Source: Candidatus Dormibacteria bacterium
Lineage (GTDB): Bacteria > Chloroflexota > Dormibacteria > Aeolococcales > Aeolococcaceae
DNA: 64,000 nucleotides
Reading direction: 5' to 3'
Assembly: GCA_050010655.1 (NCBI GenBank)
Contig: JBEKKP010000016.1
Location: 5,336-69,335 of the forward strand
Part shown: positions 49,399 to 58,637 of the stretch, in pieces
How the letters are laid out: every line of letters begins with the position of its first letter
How positions within the stretch are numbered: the stretch's first letter is position 1
The notes under the pieces: generated by a model
Database searches by the model: none
What the model was told of the DNA's origin: nothing
What the model saw: only the letters and a program-made list of their open reading frames with translations
Translations under genes and position numbers: made by a program

Positions 49399-50570
49399 GT
49401 CGTCGCCCATTCGTACCCCACATAGTTTTCAGCAAGGCTTGTCGCCGCCGCGCGCGAATCGACGGTGTAGGCAAGCTGTGCCAGCTGCAATTGCGTTTGA
49501 TAAGCGTCGCTATCGGGAAAGCGGTGGAGCATCGACGTCATCCACCACGAGAAGTGCTGCGCCCTCCAGACGCGGCGCAGACAGCCGGCCGAGTAGTCGT
49601 CGAGCAGCCGCACGTCTCCGGTGGTGAAGAACACCGTCAGCGCCTGCGCCAGAGTGCTCACGTCGCGGAGCGCGAGGTTCATGCCCTTGGCTCCAGTGGG
49701 CGGCACGATGTGCGCCGCGTCGCCGCTCAGGAACAGGCGGCCATACTGCATCGGCTCGACGACGAAGCTGCGCATCGCCGAGATGCCCTTCTCGATCACG
49801 GGGCCTTCGGTGAGCGCCCAGTCATCGGACGCGAGCCTCGTCTGCAACTCCTCCCAGATGCGCGTGTCGGGCCACGCGTCGATTCGCTCATCGGCGGGCA
49901 CTTGCAAATACAGTCGACTGACGCTTGGCGACCGCATGCTCAGGAGCGCAAAGCCGCGCTCGTGATAGCAGTAGATGAGCTCTTCGCTCGAGGGCGCAAC
50001 AGCCGCGAGAATCCCGAGCCACGCAAAGGGATACTCACGTTCATACGTGGTGAGCACCCCGGCGGGGATGCTGTCGCGCGAGACGCCGTGGAACCCGTCG
50101 CAGCCGGCGATGACGTCGCACTCGATAGTGGTGCGAGCGCCATGCACCGTATAGCTCACCGACGGGTGCTCGCTGTTGATGTCGTGCAGTTGCACGTCGC
50201 CGACCTCGAACACGAGCGGCAGGTCCGCTGCGAGCCGGATCGCGATCAGATCTTTCACCAGCTCCTGCTGCCCGTACACCGTGATCGCGCGGCCGCCGGT
50301 GAGCTCGCCGAAATCGATGCGGTGATCCGAACCGCCGAAGCGCAGCTGGATGCCACGATGCACCAGACCCTCACGGCGCATACGCTCGCCAGCGCCGGTG
50401 GCGTCGAGGAGATCGACGCTGCCCTGTTCAAGGACTCCCGCTCGCACACGGTGCTCGACGTATTCGCGCGTGCGCGACTCGATCACGATGGATTCGACGC
50501 CTTCGCGGCTCAGCAGATGCGCGAGCATGAGCCCTGCCGGACCGGCCCCGATGATCGCGACGCGCGTTTG
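49395..50570 (-). CDS. pobA: 4-hydroxybenzoate 3-monooxygenase (PHBH)
   Basis: Near-colinear with Pseudomonas PobA (VAIIGAGPAGL...CDGFHGVSR...LFLSGDAAHIVPPTGAKGMNLA...). GTG start at 50570, and the 130-aa ORF extension was discounted. Confidence 0.9.
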   Translation of the reverse strand, partial: QTRVAIIGAGPAGLMLAHLLSREGVESIVIESRTREYVEHRVRAGVLEQGSVDLLDATGAGERMRREGLVHRGIQLRFGGSDHRIDFGELTGGRAITVYGQQELVKDLIAIRLAADLPLVFEVGDVQLHDINSEHPSVSYTVHGARTTIECDVIAGCDGFHGVSRDSIPAGVLTTYEREYPFAWLGILAAVAPSSEELIYCYHERGFALLSMRSPSVSRLYLQVPADERIDAWPDTRIWEELQTRLASDDWALTEGPVIEKGISAMRSFVVEPMQYGRLFLSGDAAHIVPPTGAKGMNLALRDVSTLAQALTVFFTTGDVRLLDDYSAGCLRRVWRAQHFSWWMTSMLHRFPDSDAYQTQLQLAQLAYTVDSRAAATSLAENYVGYEWATT

Positions 50571-50584
50571 CACGCTGGGCGGAC

Positions 50585-52078
50585 CTAGAACGGGAACGGA
50601 CGGCGGCCGCGCTGCACGGTGATCCAGCGCATCTCGGTGAACTCGTCCATGGCGAAGGTGCCGCCGAAACGTCCCCAGCCACTGTCCTTCACACCACCGA
50701 ACGGCATCTGCGGCTCGTCGTGCACCGGCTGGTCGTTGACGTGCACGATCCCGGCCTCGATCCTGCCGGCCAGCGCGGTGCCGCGGTCTGGATCGCTCGT
50801 GATGATGCCCGACGAGAGCCCGTAGGCGGTCGCATTCGCGCGGTCGACCGCGTCGTCCTCGTTGTCGACGACCTCGATCGTTGCCACCGGGCCGAATGTC
50901 TCCAAGCGGTCCAGGTCGGAGCCGGCCGGAACATCGGTGACGAGGGTGGGCTGGTAGCACGCACCGGACGCAGCGCCGCCGGTGAGCACGCGCGCTCCAC
51001 TCGCCACCGCAGCATCGACGCGCCGGCCCACCATCTCCAACGCCGCTGGGTTGATGAGCGGGCCGATGATCGTGTCCATCTCCTTCGGATCGCCGACTTT
51101 GAGGCCGGCCGTCTTGGTGGTGAGTGCCGCGATGAACGCGTCGGCGATCGGACGCTCGACGATGATCCGGCGAGCGGACATGCAGATTTGACCCTGGTGC
51201 AGGAAGGCACCGAACGCCGCCGCATCCACCGCGTACTCAAGGTCGGCGTCGGAGAGCACGATCAGCGGATTCTGGCCACCGAGCTCGAGCACGACACGCT
51301 TGAGGTTGCGTCCGGCGGCTTCCGCGAGACGCCGGCCGGTCGCCGTCGACCCGGTGAAGTTGAGGCGCCGCACGCGCGGATCTTCGACGAGCTCGTCGCC
51401 GATCGGCGCTGCGTCACCGGGTGCGTGCGTGACGATGTTGAGCACGCCGGCGGGGAGTCCGGCTTCGGCGAAGATCTCGCCCCATACGAGTCCGCCGCTG
51501 TACGGCGACTCCTCTGACGGCTTGAGGACGACTGTGTTGCCGAAGACAAGCGGTGCCGCAATCGAGCGTGCCGAGAGGATGAGCGCAGCGTTCCACGGCG
51601 CGATGGCGCCGACGACACCCACCGGGCGGCGCACCGCCATGGCGACCGCGCCCGGCATGTCCGACGGAATGATCTGACCGATTGGCGCGTACGCGGCTCC
51701 AGCCGCCTGCCGGAAGAGGCCGGGGACGAATCCCATCTGGAACATGCCGAACCCGAAGCTGCTCCCGGTCTCGCGAGCGAGCCAGCCGACGATCTCGTCA
51801 CGCCGGGACTCAAGAAGGTCGGCCGCCTTGAGAAAGATGGCCTGCCGCACTGCGGCGGGTGTCTGCGACCACCCCGGAAATGCTGCAGCGGCAGCGTCGA
51901 TCGCGCGCTTCGCGTCGGCGCGAGTCCCGGCGGCGACACGCGCAACCACGTCACCGGTGAACGGGTCGAGGTCGTCGTAGGCGCGTGCGTCCGATGCGGG
52001 AACCCACTCGCCCCCGATGAAGTGCGTCAGCTCGCGCACATTGCCGTTGACAGTCGTGGTCATGACCCCATCCTCCAA
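50585..52078 (-). CDS. NAD(P)-dependent aldehyde dehydrogenase (aromatic aldehyde dehydrogenase candidate)
   Basis: 497-aa ALDH-superfamily product (GGEWV..., VLKPSEESP, ...ELGGQNP..., catalytic Cys region GQICMSARR). Confidence 0.88.
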   Translation of the reverse strand: MEDGVMTTTVNGNVRELTHFIGGEWVPASDARAYDDLDPFTGDVVARVAAGTRADAKRAIDAAAAAFPGWSQTPAAVRQAIFLKAADLLESRRDEIVGWLARETGSSFGFGMFQMGFVPGLFRQAAGAAYAPIGQIIPSDMPGAVAMAVRRPVGVVGAIAPWNAALILSARSIAAPLVFGNTVVLKPSEESPYSGGLVWGEIFAEAGLPAGVLNIVTHAPGDAAPIGDELVEDPRVRRLNFTGSTATGRRLAEAAGRNLKRVVLELGGQNPLIVLSDADLEYAVDAAAFGAFLHQGQICMSARRIIVERPIADAFIAALTTKTAGLKVGDPKEMDTIIGPLINPAALEMVGRRVDAAVASGARVLTGGAASGACYQPTLVTDVPAGSDLDRLETFGPVATIEVVDNEDDAVDRANATAYGLSSGIITSDPDRGTALAGRIEAGIVHVNDQPVHDEPQMPFGGVKDSGWGRFGGTFAMDEFTEMRWITVQRGRRPFPF

Positions 52079-52087
52079 TGCCTGGAC

Positions 52088-53146
52088 TTACGCGTCAGCT
52101 GTCGAGTCGTCGGTGGCGGCGGGTGCCGCCGTTGTGAGCGTTCGTAGTGTGTAGCCGACCGGGAGCAGTCGCAAGCGCAGCCGCCGGTCGATCGCGCCCC
52201 AGATCCCGTGCGGGAGAAAGAGCGCAAAGCCGATTGCGACAGCGCCGAGGCCGATGAAGTACCAGGCGCCGCTGTCGCCGAACTGCGCCTGGATGAGGTA
52301 GAAGATGATCGCGCCGATGATCGGCCCTTCAAAAGTGCCGAGACCGCCCACCAGCACCATGAAGAGCATGAAGGCGGTCCACTGCACGCCGAACACCGAC
52401 GTGGTCTGTATGAAGAGCGTATTGGCCAGGTAGAGCGCGCCGGCGATACCGCAACCGACGGCGGCAACGACGAAGAGCACTCGTTTCGAGCGCACCACGT
52501 TGACGCCGAGTGACGCGGCAGCCTCCTCATCGTCGCGAACCGCTTGCAGGGAAGTGCCGATCCGCCGGCGCAACAGGACGAACACCGTGCCGAGCAGCAC
52601 CGTCGTGCACACGAGGGTGAGCCAGAACGTATATGCCTGCCGGTATCCGGGCGCGAACACGTCGAGGCCGTTCAGCGAGATTCCGGTCCCGCCACCCAGC
52701 CCCGAGTCGAGCGTGACCAGGATGCCGAACACCTCGGCCATCACCCACATGCCGATCGCAAACTGCCCGCCACGCAAGCGCAGCATCACGAACGACGCCG
52801 GTATCGCCACAGCACCCGCGCCGAGGCCGGCGATCACCATGGCCACATAGGGCGCAAATCCGTGCTGGGTCAGAAAGATCGTGCCGTACGCGCCGAGCCC
52901 GATGAACGCCTGCTGGCCGACGGAGATGAGCCCGCCGTACCCGGCCAGCGCATTCCACATCACGGCGAGGATCACGAAGATCATCAGCGCAGTCAGCTGT
53001 TCGGTGACATCGGCTCCGAAGAGGAACGGGATCACCGCGAGCACCGCGATCACAAGAATGGCTGCAATAGCGGACGCGATCGACACGCGCGTCCAGCGCT
53101 GGACGCGGAATTCTCCGGCGAGCGAGGCGCTACGAGCGCGAATCAC
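52088..53146 (-). CDS. Branched-chain-amino-acid-type (HAAT family) ABC transporter permease, LivM-like
   Basis: LivM-like TM protein. GTG start 53146 overlaps the LivH-like stop (GTGA). The Arg-rich N-terminal ORF extension was discounted. Confidence 0.8.
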   Translation of the reverse strand: MIRARSASLAGEFRVQRWTRVSIASAIAAILVIAVLAVIPFLFGADVTEQLTALMIFVILAVMWNALAGYGGLISVGQQAFIGLGAYGTIFLTQHGFAPYVAMVIAGLGAGAVAIPASFVMLRLRGGQFAIGMWVMAEVFGILVTLDSGLGGGTGISLNGLDVFAPGYRQAYTFWLTLVCTTVLLGTVFVLLRRRIGTSLQAVRDDEEAAASLGVNVVRSKRVLFVVAAVGCGIAGALYLANTLFIQTTSVFGVQWTAFMLFMVLVGGLGTFEGPIIGAIIFYLIQAQFGDSGAWYFIGLGAVAIGFALFLPHGIWGAIDRRLRLRLLPVGYTLRTLTTAAPAATDDSTADA

Positions 53147-54018
53147 ATCGTCACTCCCCGGCGGACAAGGATGCCGCCCCGCGGCGATGCGAGGACAGCG
53201 AGAAACACCAGGTGTCCGAACAGCACGAAATACTGCGGATTCACCTGCGCGCCGATCACCTGCGCAACACCCAGCACGACGCCACCGAGCAGCGTGCCCC
53301 ACGGGGATCCGAAGCCGCCGATGACCACCGCCTCGAACGCGAAGATCAGCTGCGTCGGTCCTGTCGAGGGATCGAACGTCTGCCGGATCGCAAGGAAGAT
53401 GCCGCCGAGCCCGCCGATCGCAACCGCGATCGCAGTCGCCTTGGCGTAGACGGAGCGCGCGTTGATGCCCACGAGTTCGGCGACGTCGGGATCCTCGGCG
53501 GTTGCGCGCATCTGGCGACCCGAGCGTGTCCGTGAGAGAAACAATTGCAGCCCCGTCAGCACGACCACTGCTGTCGCGAGCGTGAGGACGCCGAACGTCG
53601 AGATTGACAGCCCGCCGACGGTGACACTCGACGTCGCGAGCGTTCCGGTGCTGCTCAGGAGCGAGTGGTCGTCCGGCGAGAAGATCTGGAGGAGCACGTT
53701 CTCGATGACGATCGCGAGCCCGAAGGTGGTGAGGAGCGGCACGAGCAACCCCGCGCGCCGGCTGCGCTCCAGCAGCAGGATGTACATCGCGTAGCCGGCG
53801 ATCCACATGACCGGCAGCACCAGCAGCGCCGCAAGCCACGGCGGAATCGATGTCTGATTCACGAGCACCCAGACCAGGTACGCGCCGATGACCGCGATGT
53901 CGCCGTGTGCGAGGTTGATGATTCGCATCACGCCGAACATCAACGAGAGCCCGCACGCAAGCAGCGCATAAAAGCCACCGAGCAGCACGCCCTGGAGCAG
54001 CACGTTCACCCAGTTCAT
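53143..54018 (-). CDS. HAAT-family ABC transporter permease, LivH-like
   Basis: MNWVNVLLQGVLLGGFYALLACGLSLMFGVMRIINLAHG matches the LivH N-terminus. ATGA overlap with the upstream ATPase stop. Confidence 0.82.
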   Translation of the reverse strand: MNWVNVLLQGVLLGGFYALLACGLSLMFGVMRIINLAHGDIAVIGAYLVWVLVNQTSIPPWLAALLVLPVMWIAGYAMYILLLERSRRAGLLVPLLTTFGLAIVIENVLLQIFSPDDHSLLSSTGTLATSSVTVGGLSISTFGVLTLATAVVVLTGLQLFLSRTRSGRQMRATAEDPDVAELVGINARSVYAKATAIAVAIGGLGGIFLAIRQTFDPSTGPTQLIFAFEAVVIGGFGSPWGTLLGGVVLGVAQVIGAQVNPQYFVLFGHLVFLAVLASPRGGILVRRGVTM

Positions 54019-54743
54019 GTCGCGGCTCCGGCAGCGGGGGAGGAACGGACGCCGAAATACGCAGCGGTGATCTCGGCTCGCGTGAGCGTCGACGCCGTGC
54101 CCTCGAGCACGACCTGACCGTGCAGCATGCAGGTCACGCGCGATGCGACGGCAAGCGCTCGCCCGAGATCCTGCTCGACAAGCACCACGGTGGTGCCGCT
54201 GCCGATGAGCCCGCGCAAGGACTCGTACACGGCAGCAACAGCTTTGGGCGCGAGCCCGAGTGACACCTCGTCGAGCAACAGCAATCGCGGGTTGCACATC
54301 AGGGCGCGTCCGATGGCGGTGGCCTGTTGCTCACCCCCGGAGAGAGTCGACGCACGCTGCGTGCGCCGTGACTGCAGCATCGGAAAGATTTCGAGAATCC
54401 GGTCGACAGTCCACGCGTCGCCACCGCTCCGGCCCGCTGCGACCTTGAGGTTTTCCTCAACCGACAGCCCGGGGAACAGCCGGCGTCCTTCGGGGACGAG
54501 CGCGATGCCCAGTGACACCCGTTCGTGCGCGGGGATTCGCGTGATGTCGGCGCCATCGAACACGACACTTCCGGCGGCGGGTCGATGTGCACCTGCGATG
54601 ACGCGAAGCAGCGTCGTCTTGCCTGCGCCGTTGGCCCCGACCAACGCATGCGTCTCGCCTTCATCGATCGTCAGCGAGACATTTCGGACTGCCTGCAGCA
54701 GACCGTACCTCGCGTCGACGGAGCGAACCTCGAGCAGGCTCAC
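54015..54743 (-). CDS. HAAT-family ABC transporter ATP-binding protein, LivF-like
   Basis: Walker A GANGAGKTT, signature LSGGEQQ, Walker B LLLDE. GTG start overlaps the upstream stop. Confidence 0.82.
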   Translation of the reverse strand: MSLLEVRSVDARYGLLQAVRNVSLTIDEGETHALVGANGAGKTTLLRVIAGAHRPAAGSVVFDGADITRIPAHERVSLGIALVPEGRRLFPGLSVEENLKVAAGRSGGDAWTVDRILEIFPMLQSRRTQRASTLSGGEQQATAIGRALMCNPRLLLLDEVSLGLAPKAVAAVYESLRGLIGSGTTVVLVEQDLGRALAVASRVTCMLHGQVVLEGTASTLTRAEITAAYFGVRSSPAAGAAT

Positions 54744-55474
54744 GTCACTGACGCTCCGAGGTACGCGTCGATGACCGCAGCATCGTTGAGCACGGCATCG
54801 GGAAGCCCGTCCGCGATGATCCGTCCGGCATCGAGACACACGAGCCGGTCGATTGCCTGGACGAGCACATGCACGATGTGCTCGATCCAGATGATCGCGA
54901 TGCCGCGGCTTCGCAACTCCTTGATGGTGCCCACGAGCTCGATCGCCTCCGCATCGGTGAGGCCGCCGCCGATCTCGTCGAGAAAGAGCACCTTCGGGTC
55001 GGTCGCGAGTGCGCGACCGAGCTCGAGCCGTTTGCGATCGAGCAACCCGAGGTCGGCGGCCCGGCGGTTGGCGACGTCGACCAGCCCGCACGTCTGCAGC
55101 ACGTCGACGACACGCACGTACGCAGCGGAGCGGCGTTGGTTCGCACCCTGCATGGCGCCGACGAGCACATTCTCGAACACGGTCATGCCGACGAACGGGC
55201 GCGGAATCTGATGCGTGCGTCCAATACCGAGCCGGCAGCGCCGATCCGCGCGCATGCCGGTGACGTCATTCCCCTGGTAGCGAACGCGTCCCGATGTGGG
55301 ACGGATTGACCCCGCGAGGATGCTCAGCAGCGTCGTCTTCCCCGCGCCGTTGGGGCCGACGACGCCGACTGATTCGCCCGCCGCGAGCTGAAAGTCAACA
55401 CCATCCAGAACCACCAGCGCACCAAAGCGTTGCGCGATGCCGCTGGCCTCGAGCAGAGGGGATGACATCGGCAC
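54740..55474 (-). CDS. HAAT-family ABC transporter ATP-binding protein, LivG-like
   Basis: Walker A GPNGAGKTT, Walker B LFLDE, typical 244-aa length. Confidence 0.85.
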   Translation of the reverse strand: MPMSSPLLEASGIAQRFGALVVLDGVDFQLAAGESVGVVGPNGAGKTTLLSILAGSIRPTSGRVRYQGNDVTGMRADRRCRLGIGRTHQIPRPFVGMTVFENVLVGAMQGANQRRSAAYVRVVDVLQTCGLVDVANRRAADLGLLDRKRLELGRALATDPKVLFLDEIGGGLTDAEAIELVGTIKELRSRGIAIIWIEHIVHVLVQAIDRLVCLDAGRIIADGLPDAVLNDAAVIDAYLGASVT

Positions 55475-55495
55475 GACGATACGCGCGCCCCGGCG

Positions 55496-56866
55496 TTAGC
55501 TGTAAGCGGTCAGCGTTGCTGCCACAGGGACATTGGAGTCGTTCGAGTTCTCGCAGATCACGAAGTTGATCGGGTACGCCGTTCCCGGTGTCGCGACCCA
55601 CTGGCCGCCGATGATCGGTGTCGGGACGACGTTCGGGTTGGGTGTCCCCGTGGCTCCCCACGTGAGATTTCCGAGTGGCGTTTCCACCGACAGCGTCTTC
55701 ATCGCGGTGGCGACTGCCAGCTTGTCCTTGGGGTCACCACTCGCCTTGAGCGCGGCGGCGGCCACGTCGAACAGCGCCAGGCTCGCGCCGGCCTGCTGAT
55801 TCCACTCCTTGCCGGAACTCGTTTGATAGCCGCTCGCGAGGTCGGCGGACGACACGCCGGTGAGCGACGACGAGTAGGGGAAGGTGGGTGCCCAGTACAC
55901 GCCGCTCGCGAGCCCATCACCGATGGCGCCGAGTGCTTCGACCTGCGACGGGAACAGACCCGTCTTGGCGATCTGCGCGATCTTCGGGACGTATCCCTGC
56001 TGGGCGGCCTGCTCCCAGAAGGTCACGAAGTCCGGCGGGATCGGGAAGGTGTTGAAGATCTCGCAGTTCTTGCTCTTGAATTCGGCGATCTGCGTGGTGT
56101 ACGAGGTGGTGCCGTCGGCGTATGCGCCTGGATCGACGATGGTGTATCCCGCCTGCTTGAGCAGAGGCCCGAGCGCCATCCGAATCGCGTTGCCGTCGGC
56201 GTCGTTCGGCCACATGACACCGACGACCTTGTTGGTGCTGACCTGTGGCCAGAGGTGTTCATACGCACTCGCGAACTGCGCGACGCCGAAGGAGAAGTGG
56301 AACGTCCATTTGAAGGGCACCGGCGCGGCGGGATTGGTCTGCCGTCCGAAATACCACGCTTCCCACGGCACAACGGTCGAGATGCACGGGACGCCGGCTG
56401 CTTCTGCCGCGTCCGACACCGGGTTGACCGTCTCGGGCGCCGACGTGGTGAGGATGAGGTCGACGTTCTGCGCGTTGATCAGGTCGCTCGCCGCCTGCGC
56501 GGCGCGCGTGCCGGACTGGCTGTCCTCGTCGATGATCTGGACGTTGTACTTCTTGCCGCCCACGGTGAGGCCGCCGGCGAACGCCTTCTTGGCGAGCGAG
56601 ATGACGTACGGATCCGGCTCGCCGAATCCCGCGTCTGGGCCGGTCAGGGGGCTGACGAAGCCGATCTTTATCGTCCCGGCGGTGGAACTCCCACCGGTGG
56701 TGCCGAGTGCCGAACCGCACGCCTCGAGGAGGCCGCCTCCGGCAAGCGTGAGTGAGCCGGCGCCAATCGCCTTGAGGACGTCGCGGCGCGACAGCTGGCG
56801 GCCGGTGAGCAGGCTGGCGGCGAACCTGTAGTCGCCTGCTTTGACGAGGGCGTCCTCTTGGGACAT
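55496..56866 (-). CDS. Periplasmic/extracytoplasmic substrate-binding protein of HAAT (LivK-like) ABC transporter with twin-arginine signal peptide
   Basis: N-terminal SRRDVLKAIGAGSLTLAGGGLLEAC (Tat motif plus Cys) followed by a type-I periplasmic binding fold. Start set at Met 56866, preceded by GGGGTG. Confidence 0.78.
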   Translation of the reverse strand: MSQEDALVKAGDYRFAASLLTGRQLSRRDVLKAIGAGSLTLAGGGLLEACGSALGTTGGSSTAGTIKIGFVSPLTGPDAGFGEPDPYVISLAKKAFAGGLTVGGKKYNVQIIDEDSQSGTRAAQAASDLINAQNVDLILTTSAPETVNPVSDAAEAAGVPCISTVVPWEAWYFGRQTNPAAPVPFKWTFHFSFGVAQFASAYEHLWPQVSTNKVVGVMWPNDADGNAIRMALGPLLKQAGYTIVDPGAYADGTTSYTTQIAEFKSKNCEIFNTFPIPPDFVTFWEQAAQQGYVPKIAQIAKTGLFPSQVEALGAIGDGLASGVYWAPTFPYSSSLTGVSSADLASGYQTSSGKEWNQQAGASLALFDVAAAALKASGDPKDKLAVATAMKTLSVETPLGNLTWGATGTPNPNVVPTPIIGGQWVATPGTAYPINFVICENSNDSNVPVAATLTAYS

Positions 56867-56913
56867 GGCTAGCACCCCGCACTTACCGATGGCAAACAAT
56901 CTGATCGCAATGT

Positions 56914-56928
56914 GTTCGCATAGCGAAC
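56914..56928. promoter_or_regulatory. Perfect palindrome GTTCGCATAGCGAAC in the divergent intergenic region between the Liv-type transporter operon and pcaI; candidate IclR-family (PcaR-like) operator. A second palindrome, AACATGTT, lies at 57042-57049.
   Basis: Read directly. 6-bp arms with a 3-bp spacer, the same length class as described PcaR/PobR-type 15-bp boxes. An IclR regulator gene lies at the operon end (63490 onward). Confidence 0.45.
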
Positions 56929-57060
56929 TCACGTTCTCTGAATGAACGTATCATATCCTTGTGAGGGCAGGCAACCCCCGGAAACGCGCCGGACCAGGGA
57001 ATCAAACCGCTATGGTTGCGAGTACGAGTGTGCGCTACGCGAACATGTTGATCGACCACC

Positions 57061-57879
57061 GTGGCTGAGATAGTCTCGCTCACCGACGGCGTCGCCGCAC
57101 TCGTTCACGACGGCGACACCCTGGTGATGGAAGGCTTCACGCACCTGATCCCATTCGCGGCCGGGCACGAGATCATCCGCCAGGGGCGCCGCAATCTCAC
57201 GCTGGTGCGCATGACGCCGGACCTCATCTACGACCAGTTGATCGGCATGGGGTGCGCGTCGAAGCTCATCTTCTCGTGGGGCGGCAACCCGGGTGTCGGA
57301 TCGCTCCATCGCTTCCGTGATGCCGTGGAGAACTCCTGGCCGGTCCCGCTCGAGCTCGAGGAGCACAGCCACGCAGGCATGGCGAATCGCTACCTCGCCG
57401 GCGCGAGTGGTCTGCCGTTCGCGGTGCTACGGGGCTATGTCGGTACCGATCTCCCCGCCCAGACGGACACCATTCGCTCGATCACGTGCCCCTTCACGGG
57501 CGAGGTGCTCACCGCAGTCCCGGCGCTGTCGCCCGACGTCACGATCATCCACGCGCAGCGTGCCGACCGGAAAGGCAACGTGCAGATGTGGGGCATCCTC
57601 GGCGTGCAGAAAGAAGCGGTGCTCGCCGCGAAACGGTCGCTGATCACGGTCGAGGAGATCGTTGACAGCCTCGATCCGCAACCGCAGGAGGTCGTGCTTC
57701 CCTCGTTCGCCACGACCTATGTTGCCGTCGCGCCGGGCGGCTCACACCCCTCGTACGCGCAGGGATACTCCTTGCGGGACAACGGGTTCTACACCGAGTG
57801 GGACGCGATCAGCAAGGACCGCGAGCGATTCCTTGCGTGGATGGACGAGAACGTCATGCGCGAGGCGCCTGCCGCGTGA
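57061..57879 (+). CDS. pcaI: 3-oxoadipate CoA-transferase subunit A
   Basis: CoA-transferase family I alpha subunit (GFTHLIPFAAGHEI...). GTG start. Confidence 0.85.
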   Translation: MAEIVSLTDGVAALVHDGDTLVMEGFTHLIPFAAGHEIIRQGRRNLTLVRMTPDLIYDQLIGMGCASKLIFSWGGNPGVGSLHRFRDAVENSWPVPLELEEHSHAGMANRYLAGASGLPFAVLRGYVGTDLPAQTDTIRSITCPFTGEVLTAVPALSPDVTIIHAQRADRKGNVQMWGILGVQKEAVLAAKRSLITVEEIVDSLDPQPQEVVLPSFATTYVAVAPGGSHPSYAQGYSLRDNGFYTEWDAISKDRERFLAWMDENVMREAPAA

Positions 57880-58637
57880 CCGGCGCGTACACCGCCGACG
57901 AGATGATGACCGTCGCGGCCGCGCGTCAACTCCACGACGGGACCGTGTGCTTCGTCGGCATCGGGCTGCCGAGCACCGCGGCCAACCTCGCGCGCGCAAC
58001 GAGCGCGCCTGACGTCGTGCTCATCTACGAGTCGGGCACGTTGGGCGCGAAACCCGATCGCCTCCCGCTGTCGATCGGCGACGGCATGCTCGCCGAGACC
58101 GCGGACGCCGTGGTGAGTGTCCCCGAGGTGTTCAACTACTGGTTGCAGCCGGGCCGGATCGATGTCGGCTTTCTCAGTGCTGCCCAGATCGACCGCTACG
58201 CCAATATCAACACCACAGTGATCGGATCCGACTATCGCCATCCCAAGGTTCGCCTCCCCGGCGCGGGCGGCGCTCCGGAGATCGCCGCGTCGTGCCGCGA
58301 GGTGGTCGTTGTGCTCCGGCAGACGCCACGAACGTTCGTCGCTCGGGTCGACTTCGTCACGTCGGTCGGCTTCGGGCGCGGCCCCGGCGACCGCCAACGG
58401 CTCGGTCTGATCGGTGCCGGGCCGCGAGTGGTCATCACCGACTTCGGCGTCCTGTCGCCGGATCCCGAGACGTGCGAGCTGACGCTGGTGAGTGTCCACC
58501 ACGGGTCGACTGCCGACGATGCTCGCGCGGCGACCGGGTGGCCGCTTGCTGTGTCTCCCGATCTCGCCACCACCGACCCGCCGACGGATGAGGAGCTGCG
58601 GGTGTTGCGCCATCTCGAGGCGACCAAGGGCGCGTGA
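57876..58637 (+). CDS. pcaJ: 3-oxoadipate CoA-transferase subunit B
   Basis: Beta subunit of a family I CoA-transferase (..CFVGIGLPSTAANLA...). GTGA overlap with the pcaI stop. Confidence 0.85.
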   Translation: MTGAYTADEMMTVAAARQLHDGTVCFVGIGLPSTAANLARATSAPDVVLIYESGTLGAKPDRLPLSIGDGMLAETADAVVSVPEVFNYWLQPGRIDVGFLSAAQIDRYANINTTVIGSDYRHPKVRLPGAGGAPEIAASCREVVVVLRQTPRTFVARVDFVTSVGFGRGPGDRQRLGLIGAGPRVVITDFGVLSPDPETCELTLVSVHHGSTADDARAATGWPLAVSPDLATTDPPTDEELRVLRHLEATKGA

